From contig JAGAOD010000057.1 of assembly GCA_017623855.1 (NCBI GenBank), positions 922 to 64,921 of the forward strand: a stretch of 64,000 nt of DNA, written 5' to 3'. The translations under genes and the position numbers were made by a program. The stretch's first letter is position 1; each line of letters opens with the position of its first letter. Below the pieces are notes generated by a model. The model did no database searches, was not told the origin of the DNA, and saw only the letters and a list, made by a program, of their open reading frames with translations. Of the stretch, positions 57,799-64,000 are shown piece after piece. The stretch is from Clostridia bacterium. GTDB lineage: Bacteria; Bacillota; Clostridia; Oscillospirales; Acutalibacteraceae.

Positions 57799-59742
57799 TT
57801 ACTTCATGTCTTCAATGTGCTCGTCTAAGTCGGCGGATATGCCGGTGTATCCTTTGTCCATCTTGTGGCGTGCCTTCCGGGTTTCCACCGTGTCAAAAAT
57901 GACGGAGAAATCGTAGTCGGCGGGGTAGAGCTCCGCGGCTTTCGTCTGCAGCTTCAGGCGGTTGTGCTTCACGCGGTATTTTCGCCCCTGCACCTGCACG
58001 ACAAGCGTGCCGGTTTCGTCCGAGGGCTTGTATACGATGCCGATCTTCTTCCCCGGATAGACGAAAACGGAGTCGCCGGTTTCAAACTGCAGAGCGTGCT
58101 TCGGTGCGGTCTTCTTTTCGACGGCCTTCTCCACACGGTTTTTCTTCGGCGCCGCGGGGGCGTCCTTCAGCGGCTCAAAGCGCCGTTCGGCGGTTGTCGT
58201 GCGCTGCTGTCCGTAGGTTACCTGCTGTGCGTATTTCAAAAGATGCGGCGGGTAGCCGAGCCGCTGTGCGATATAGAACGCGCAGCTCTCGCCGGCTTCA
58301 CCGATGACGAGCTTATATTCGGGACGCAATGTTTCCCGGTCAAAGGTCATGCGTGCGTTCAGTATATTTTCTGCCTGCTCGGCGTATTGCTTGACTTCCG
58401 CATAGTGCGTCGTCGCGAGGAACAGGCAGCCGCGGCGGCGCAGCTCCTCCAAAATCGACACCGCGATGCCCATGCCCTCTGCGGGGTCCGTGCCGGAGCC
58501 GAGCTCGTCGAGCAGAACGAGGGAATCACGCCCGGTCTCATTCAGTATGTCGATGACGTTCGTAATGTGTGCGGAGAAGGTGGAAAGATTCTGCGAGATA
58601 TCCTGCCGGTCACCGATGTCGCACAGCACGTTGCCGTTCATGCAGATTTCGGCACTCTTGCAGGGCAGATGCAGACCGCACTGTGCCATCAGCGAAAACA
58701 GGCCTACGAGCTTCAAGGTGACGGTTTTGCCGCCCGTATTCGGGCCGGTGATAACGACACCGCGCACGGTCTGCCCCCTGTACTCGTGTCCGATCTCAAA
58801 ATCGACCGGCACGCAGATGTCACGTGCAAGAAGCGGGTGACGCCCCTGTACGATCTTTATGTGCCGTCCGGTGCCGATCTCGGGCGCGCAGGCGTCCGTC
58901 TCAAGGCTCATTTTGCCTTTTGCAAAAGCGAAATCCAGTTTTTCCACGGTCTCGGCGTTCAAAAGCAGAGCGGTGCTGTTTTCCGCGACCAAGACGGAGA
59001 GCGTGTAGAGGATCTTGTCGATCTCAATGGCTTCCTCGGTCTCGAGCAGCGCGAGCTTTTCCGTATATTTGCGGATCGCGCTCGGCTCGATAAAGCAGGT
59101 GGAACCGGCGGAGGAGGTCGCGATGACCGTGCCGGAGATCTGATTCTTATAGTTTTTGGAGACGGGCAGCGTGTAGTGCCCGTTCTTGACAGACACGAAG
59201 CTGTCGGTGCAGAACTTCTTGTGACTTTTCAGAAGCTCATCCATGCGCAGCTTGATCTGCTCGCGCGTGTTTTCTTTCTGACGGCGAATCTCGCGCAGAG
59301 CTTTTGTCGCGTTCGAATCCACCTCCGCGCCTGTGATGCAGCGGTGGATCTCCAAGGTGAGCTCCTCGAGCGGGTCGATGACCGTCCCTAAGTACGAAAG
59401 AGAGGTCTCCGTCGTTTCGGCACGCTTTAAGTAGGCCTTCAGCCGTTTGGAGGCTGCAGCAAATGAAGCGGCGGACAAGAGCTGCTCGGGCAGCAGCATA
59501 CCGCCTTTTTCGGCGAGGATCAGTGCCGCGCGAACGGACGCGGTGTCCGGGATGGGCGGCGTGCCGATGTGGTCGAGTATGGTTCGTGCGTCGTTTGTCT
59601 CGTGCAGTGCGCCGCGCAGCCGCGCTTCCTGCAAATGCGGCGCGAGCTCCATAATGCGCTCCTTCGCGCTTTGCGTTGCGGCATAAGTCAGAAGCTGTTC
59701 ACGTATCCGTTCGAATTCGAGGGTGATGAATGTGTTGGACAT
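57799..59742 (-). CDS. MutS2-like ATPase, short form lacking Smr domain
   Basis: LEF..I..QL start, S..G.T.FIEP, ITGPNTGGKT, Q.LSTFS.H, LLDELGSGTDP.EG, ATTHY, G.S.AF.IA.RLG; KOW-like F..GD.V; no Smr; 647 aa. Confidence 0.9.
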   Translation of the reverse strand: MSNTFITLEFERIREQLLTYAATQSAKERIMELAPHLQEARLRGALHETNDARTILDHIGTPPIPDTASVRAALILAEKGGMLLPEQLLSAASFAAASKRLKAYLKRAETTETSLSYLGTVIDPLEELTLEIHRCITGAEVDSNATKALREIRRQKENTREQIKLRMDELLKSHKKFCTDSFVSVKNGHYTLPVSKNYKNQISGTVIATSSAGSTCFIEPSAIRKYTEKLALLETEEAIEIDKILYTLSVLVAENSTALLLNAETVEKLDFAFAKGKMSLETDACAPEIGTGRHIKIVQGRHPLLARDICVPVDFEIGHEYRGQTVRGVVITGPNTGGKTVTLKLVGLFSLMAQCGLHLPCKSAEICMNGNVLCDIGDRQDISQNLSTFSAHITNVIDILNETGRDSLVLLDELGSGTDPAEGMGIAVSILEELRRRGCLFLATTHYAEVKQYAEQAENILNARMTFDRETLRPEYKLVIGEAGESCAFYIAQRLGYPPHLLKYAQQVTYGQQRTTTAERRFEPLKDAPAAPKKNRVEKAVEKKTAPKHALQFETGDSVFVYPGKKIGIVYKPSDETGTLVVQVQGRKYRVKHNRLKLQTKAAELYPADYDFSVIFDTVETRKARHKMDKGYTGISADLDEHIEDMK

Positions 59743-59754
59743 ATAATACCTTTC

Positions 59755-59794
59755 AAAATAAAAATCCACAGGTACTCTGAAAATACCTGTGGAT
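59755..59794 (-). terminator. Leader (premature) intrinsic terminator upstream of mutS2-like gene
   Basis: Minus strand ATCCACAGGTA-TTTTCAGAG-TACCTGTGGAT-TTTTATTTT, directly before the SD. Confidence 0.8.
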
Positions 59795-59942
59795 ACACGC
59801 AGAAAAAGACCGCACGTTATGGGTGCAGGATAAAACGGGTATCGGGCATTAACAGGGTACAGCCTAAAAATTTCCGTAGGAAATCAGACGTACGGTTTTG
59901 TACGTCCTGCTTACTCTGTTTTGCCGGGCGGAGTCTAAGGAC

Positions 59943-59978
59943 TCAGGCCGGCTCACCTGCCGACAGCTTCATACTCAT
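59943..59978 (-). CDS. Putative leader peptide uORF MSMKLSAGEPA
   Basis: SD GAAAGGA, two in-frame ATGs, TGA stop; lies about 30 nt after the predicted TSS. Confidence 0.5.
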   Translation of the reverse strand: MSMKLSAGEPA

Positions 59979-60012
59979 TTTATCCTTTCGTAAAGTTCAA
60001 GTTGTTAAACTG

Positions 60013-60041
60013 AGCATAGCACGTTTGCCAATGCCTGTCAA
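60013..60041 (-). promoter_or_regulatory. SigA promoter for the mutS2-like leader
   Basis: TTGACA-N17-TATGCT with TGn extension. Confidence 0.75.
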
Positions 60042-60075
60042 GAAAAAAATGAGAGCCGAAGCTCTCCTTGTAAAG

Positions 60076-61425
60076 TCAGATCTTTTTCACGTACCATTTT
60101 TTGCCGCAATGGCGGATAAAGCCGAGAATGGCACGGAAGTACAGACTGATGGAATTGCCGAGGTAAATACCGACAACACCCATGTTCAGCTTGAAGCAGA
60201 ACAGCCATGTCAGCGGCAGACGGATGAGCCACACGGCGGATACGGTCATGATCATGACAAAATTCACGTCGCCGCCGGCCTTCAGCTGCGGGTCTATGGC
60301 GTTTATGGAAACACCGGCCATGTTCATCATCAAAAGAACCCAAAGCAGCCGCGCGCTTTCCGTGATCGTCGCAGGGTCGGAGGAATAGAGACCGGAAAGC
60401 GGTCTGCCGAGCAGCAATACAAGACTGCAAAGCATGGCGGTGGACAACAGTCCTGCAGCCCATATACCGCGTCCGAGCTTTCGTGCCCGATCGGGTCGGC
60501 CCGCGCCGAGAAGCTGTCCGATCACTGCCGATCCGATCGCCGAGCAAATGCCCTGCGCGAGGCCCGTGAAGGAGCCGATCGTATTGATGATCTGATATAC
60601 ACCGCTTTCAAAGGTACCGAGAGAGATGACCATACTGTTCGCGAGCATATAGCCGAGCTGCACGATGATGCTCTCGAGGCTGATCGGTACACCGAGGCGG
60701 AAAATACGCTTGCAGGTCGATCTGTGCAGGCGGAGAATATCTTTAATATGTATCGTAAAGAAGCGATGGTCACGCAGAAGTGCGAAAAGCAGACAAGCTG
60801 TGCCGATCACGCGGCAGAGAACGGCGGCAAGACCGGCGCCGATCTCGTTCATTTGGAATTTTTGAATGAAGACCCACGAAAACAGGAGCTGGGAAACACT
60901 TGTGATGATCGTTGCCGTGAACGAAACATGGCTGCTGCCCATGGCGCGGAAGATTGGGCTGAGCACGGAAATGAGCACAAGGCCCGGAAGGCTCAGCATC
61001 ATAATGCGGAAGTAATTGACCGCTTCGTTGAAAAGTGAAGCTTCCGCCGTCGGGATGAGCAGCTTAAAGAGCGGCGTGCTGAGTGCGACGGTCAGTGCCG
61101 TCATGCCGAGACTTAAGAGCGCCGAAAGCGTGATGGACTGGCTGACGACCTCGCCGGCTTCTCTGCCCTCTCCGGCGCCGATGTGACGCGAAACGATGAC
61201 GGCTGTGCTGCCGGAAACAATGGCGAAAAAAGACGAGACCACGGTAACGACCGTATTTGCCATGCCGATGGCAGCCATGGCACTGGCGCTGATCCCGCTG
61301 TAAATGCCGGACAGGACGAGGCCGATAAAAATAGTTGCCGTGTTCTCGATGATGATCGGAACCGTAAACCGTATGGACAAAAGAGAGTCGGACTCGCTGT
61401 TTGCGGACTTTTGAATGCCGAACAT
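60076..61425 (-). CDS. MATE family efflux transporter (divergent)
   Basis: About 12 TM segments; P.IIE, FRAMG, GAGLA, LG.P.S.E, GQLLGA, L.AGGD. Confidence 0.88.
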   Translation of the reverse strand: MFGIQKSANSESDSLLSIRFTVPIIIENTATIFIGLVLSGIYSGISASAMAAIGMANTVVTVVSSFFAIVSGSTAVIVSRHIGAGEGREAGEVVSQSITLSALLSLGMTALTVALSTPLFKLLIPTAEASLFNEAVNYFRIMMLSLPGLVLISVLSPIFRAMGSSHVSFTATIITSVSQLLFSWVFIQKFQMNEIGAGLAAVLCRVIGTACLLFALLRDHRFFTIHIKDILRLHRSTCKRIFRLGVPISLESIIVQLGYMLANSMVISLGTFESGVYQIINTIGSFTGLAQGICSAIGSAVIGQLLGAGRPDRARKLGRGIWAAGLLSTAMLCSLVLLLGRPLSGLYSSDPATITESARLLWVLLMMNMAGVSINAIDPQLKAGGDVNFVMIMTVSAVWLIRLPLTWLFCFKLNMGVVGIYLGNSISLYFRAILGFIRHCGKKWYVKKI

Positions 61426-61532
61426 GAAACAGAACCTCCTTAGGCGTTTTTCCGTCGGATTTCACGCTCATAGTAACAGATTAAATTGCAATATGCAAGG
61501 CGAAACGTCAAATAATCCGAAAAAATATAAAT

Positions 61533-61561
61533 GCATAATTTAACTGCCTGCGGAAAGACTA
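61533..61561 (+). promoter_or_regulatory. SigG/SigF-like forespore promoter of spoVAE
   Basis: GCATA-N17-AAGACTA. Confidence 0.5.
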
Positions 61562-61584
61562 ACGGCGAATAAAGGAGGTCTTCC

Positions 61585-61941
61585 ATGGAATATATTCGTG
61601 CGTTCATCGTGGGCGGTCTCATCTGTACCGTCGGACAGGTCCTGATCGACCGCACCAAGCTGACCCCGGCGAGGATCATGGTGCTGTATGTGACAAGCGG
61701 CGTAGTGCTCGGTGCACTCGGACTCTACGAGCCGCTCGTGGAATTTGCCGGTGCAGGCGCGACGACACCGCTCAGCGGCTTCGGATTTCTCCTTGCGGAC
61801 GGCGTAAAAAAGGCGGTCGAAGAAAAGGGGCTTTTGGGTGCGCTGACCGGAGGCCTTACGGCCGGCGCTGCGGGCATCACGGCGGCGGTCGTTTTCGCAT
61901 TCCTCGCTGCACTTATCGCAAAACCGAAGGATAAGACATAA
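61585..61941 (+). CDS. spoVAE: Stage V sporulation protein AE (SpoVAC/SpoVAEb family)
   Basis: AFIVGGLIC.VGQ.LID.TKLTPARI, FAGAGA..P..GFG..L. Confidence 0.92.
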   Translation: MEYIRAFIVGGLICTVGQVLIDRTKLTPARIMVLYVTSGVVLGALGLYEPLVEFAGAGATTPLSGFGFLLADGVKKAVEEKGLLGALTGGLTAGAAGITAAVVFAFLAALIAKPKDKT

Positions 61942-61969
61942 AAAAGGCTTCGCATAGCGAAGCCTTTTT
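61941..61969. terminator. Bidirectional terminator
   Basis: AAAAAGGCTTCGC-ATA-GCGAAGCCTTTTT. Confidence 0.85.
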
Positions 61970-61984
61970 GTGTGCGGTTTTTAC

Positions 61985-62134
61985 TTACTGAATGACGCCC
62001 TCGAGGTACTCCTCAAGCTCTGCATCCTGTCTCTTCTTGTCGAAGTAGTTCAGAACGGCAGCGGCTGCAACGATGGAAGCGACGATCGCGGTGATGCATC
62101 CGATGATCGTGAAGAGTCTTGTCATGTTTTTCAT
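61985..62134 (-). CDS. Small single-pass membrane protein (49 aa), missed by ORF track
   Basis: MKNMTRLFTIIGCITAIVASIVAAAAVLNYFDKKRQDAELEEYLEGVIQ; SD GAAAGGA; host-optimal codons; ends at a terminator. Confidence 0.7.
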   Translation of the reverse strand: MKNMTRLFTIIGCITAIVASIVAAAAVLNYFDKKRQDAELEEYLEGVIQ

Positions 62135-62336
62135 AAAAAATCATCCTTTCCGTCCGACTGATGCGGCGTAAATATTATAAAGTTTACGTATCTTATTCAG
62201 TAATATTATCATACCCAACTTTTCGTAAATTGTCAATTCTTTTTCCTGTGCGCTTCGGATTTGTTGACAAGGCTCTCGAAAACCGATATGATATTATCTG
62301 TTGACTTAATCCGGAAAAGAGACGGAACTGAGAGAT

Positions 62337-63374
62337 ATGAGATTTATTAAACCGAATTTTTACGACAAATTCCGCTGCATCGCATCGAGCTGCAGCGATA
62401 CCTGCTGTGCCGGGTGGGAGATCGACATCGATCCCGACACACGCCGTTTTTATGAAAGCGTCCCGGGTGCGTTCGGTGAGCGTCTGCGTGAGCAGATCGA
62501 CGAGCTGCCCGAGGGGACGGCCTGCTTCCGCCTCGGCGAAGAAGACCGCTGCCCGTTTTTGACGGACGATAATCTCTGTGAGATCATCATGGAGCTCGGG
62601 GACAAGGCGCTTTGTGAGATCTGCCGCGAGCATCCGCGCTTTTACGAGCAGGTGGGCGACCGCATGGAGATGGGCATCGGCCTGTGCTGCGAGGAGGCAT
62701 GCCGCCTTTTGTTTGAGGAAAAAAATCCGATCACGTTCATCACGACCTCGGTCGGTGAAATGCCGGATATGATCATTCTGCCCGAAAGCGGCATGGAGAT
62801 CTATCGTCTGCGCGACGAAGCGTTCCGCCTTGTGCAGGATCGCACCCTGCCGCTCAGAGTGCGCATGCACCGCCTTTTGGAGTTCGGCGAGAAGATACAG
62901 AAGCAGATCACGGGTGCCGCTTCGCCGGCGGATCTGCCGACACAGGAGGAGATCCCGATGGCGCGTGAGGCGCTCCTGCAGTACATGGAGACGCTCGAGC
63001 CGTTTGACGAGAGCTGGCCGGAGAATGTTCAGCTGCTCGCCGACGCAGCGCTCGAAGTCAATCTCGACGACATCGACGGCGGCTTTGAAAACCTCATGGT
63101 CTATTTTCTTTACCGCCATCTGGCGCGCGGTGCGCTGGACGGCCGCCTGTCCGCACGCGTGAAGTTCTGCGCAGTGAGCGTGTGGTTCATCTGTCTGATG
63201 AACACACACTGCCTCGAGAGCACCGGGGCATTCACGGCGTGGGACCGTATCGTCTGCACGAAGGATTACTCAAAGCAGGTCGAGTACAGCGCGGAAAATA
63301 TGGAGGATATGCTTCTTGCACTCCACGAAGACCCCGCGTTCTCCACCGAAAACCTAAAAAGAATGTTTGGATAA
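62337..63374 (+). CDS. FliB-family (flagellin lysine-N-methylase-like) Cys-rich protein
   Basis: FRCIASSCSDTCCAGWEIDID, CPFL...NLC, LC.IC..HPRF, LCCEEA, SKQVEYS.EN. Confidence 0.8.
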   Translation: MRFIKPNFYDKFRCIASSCSDTCCAGWEIDIDPDTRRFYESVPGAFGERLREQIDELPEGTACFRLGEEDRCPFLTDDNLCEIIMELGDKALCEICREHPRFYEQVGDRMEMGIGLCCEEACRLLFEEKNPITFITTSVGEMPDMIILPESGMEIYRLRDEAFRLVQDRTLPLRVRMHRLLEFGEKIQKQITGAASPADLPTQEEIPMAREALLQYMETLEPFDESWPENVQLLADAALEVNLDDIDGGFENLMVYFLYRHLARGALDGRLSARVKFCAVSVWFICLMNTHCLESTGAFTAWDRIVCTKDYSKQVEYSAENMEDMLLALHEDPAFSTENLKRMFG

Positions 63375-63377
63375 ATG

Positions 63378-63407
63378 AAAACGGCTCGCTGAAAAGCGAG
63401 CCGTTTG
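63378..63407. terminator. Bidirectional terminator
   Basis: AAACGGCTCGCT-GAAA-AGCGAGCCGTTT. Confidence 0.8.
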
Positions 63408-63419
63408 TTTATGAAGCCA

Positions 63420-63542
63420 TTACTTCTGGAAAGTCTTGTTAAGCAGGGAGATCACAGCGATGATCACGATGGTAACAACGAAGATGCCGAGGTAACCGGT
63501 GCCCATGATCGGCAGGGCGGCGAGCAGCTTATCAATATGCAT
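63420..63542 (-). CDS. OadG-related small membrane subunit (40 aa), missed by ORF track
   Basis: MHIDKLLAALPIMGTGYLGIFVVTIVIIAVISLLNKTFQK; SD GGAGG overlapping the oadB-type stop. Confidence 0.75.
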   Translation of the reverse strand: MHIDKLLAALPIMGTGYLGIFVVTIVIIAVISLLNKTFQK

Positions 63543-63546
63543 AGAA

Positions 63547-64000
63547 TCAACCTCCAATAATTGCCTTTACAAGGGACAGGATCAAACCGCCTGCAACGAC
63601 GGATGCGATCTGACCGGAAACGTTAACGCCGATGGAATGCATGAGAAGGAAGTTCTGATTGTCTTCAGCAAGACCCATCTTGTGAACAACACGAGCGGAC
63701 ATCGGGAATGCAGAGATGCCGGCTGCACCGATCATCGGGTTGATCTTCTTGCCCTCGGGCAGGAAGATGTTCATGAGCTTTGCGACCATAACACCGCCGA
63801 AGGTATCGAATACGAAAGCAACGAGACCGAGACCGATGATGATGAGTGTATCGAGCTGCAGGAATTCTTCAGCACGCATCTGGAATGCGATGGTGATGCC
63901 GAGCAGGATGGTGATGAGGTTTGCAAGTACGTTCTGAGCGGTCTCGGAGAGAGAGTTCAGAACGCCGCACTCGCGGATGAGGTTACCGAACATCAGGAAG
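63547..64000 (-). CDS. Sodium ion-translocating decarboxylase beta subunit (OadB/GcdB family), 5' part outside window
   Basis: MFGNLIRECGV, INPMIGAAGISAFPMSARV, NFLLMH..G.NVSGQI. Confidence 0.92.
   Translation of the reverse strand, partial: FLMFGNLIRECGVLNSLSETAQNVLANLITILLGITIAFQMRAEEFLQLDTLIIIGLGLVAFVFDTFGGVMVAKLMNIFLPEGKKINPMIGAAGISAFPMSARVVHKMGLAEDNQNFLLMHSIGVNVSGQIASVVAGGLILSLVKAIIGG

Noticed and set aside
59817-59945. The reading frame stays open for 41 codons after the uORF's UGA (VLRLRPAKQ...RKFLGCTLLMPDTRFILHP*), with a hairpin at the UGA; possible readthrough or selenocysteine
   Set aside because: An open stretch of this length can easily arise by chance and I see no recognisable SECIS. 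Worth re-checking only if orthologous leaders encode a continuous peptide.
1-64000. CRISPR array, IS/integrase, prophage, integron-like repeat array, rRNA/tRNA
   Set aside because: No regularly spaced repeats, transposase/recombinase motifs or structural RNA signatures were seen; the AT-rich orphans share no flanking repeat that I could detect.

Overview
64 kb of core chromosome from a spore-forming Clostridia-class Firmicute, probably Oscillospiraceae/Ruminococcaceae-like (inferred from gene content, spoVAE and SigA/sporulation-type promoters). I found no rRNA, tRNA, CRISPR array, transposase or prophage. Housekeeping blocks: rpe; a GldA/GldF/GldG/DUF4340-type ABC operon; rimP-nusA-ylxR-ylxQ-infB-(Zn-ribbon ORF)-rbfA-DHH-truB-ribF; rpsO-pnp; proBA; pgm; recA-recX; rimO-pgsA; rsmE; lepA; degV; hflKC; rpsT; spoVAE; and the 3' end of a Na+-translocating decarboxylase beta subunit. 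Accessory genes: four MATE transporters (two in tandem), rubrerythrin, nitroreductase, GH127, a TM2 pair, a ClC channel, lipoproteins, methyltransferases, AT-rich orphans and two deletion-type gene remnants. Best candidate for an undescribed system: a short, Smr-less MutS2-like ATPase plus a SAM methyltransferase. Upstream lie a clean SigA promoter, an 11-codon uORF, alternative hairpins and an intrinsic terminator, which together look like a ribosome-stalling-sensing attenuator. Other highlights: a GNAT-fRMsr(GAF) fusion, a soluble protein bearing the OadB GIIGGADGP motif, a long pnp leader duplex, a structured rpsT leader, a MerR-type promoter and a putative SigE three-gene operon. All family calls come from motif recognition by eye; no database searches were run.
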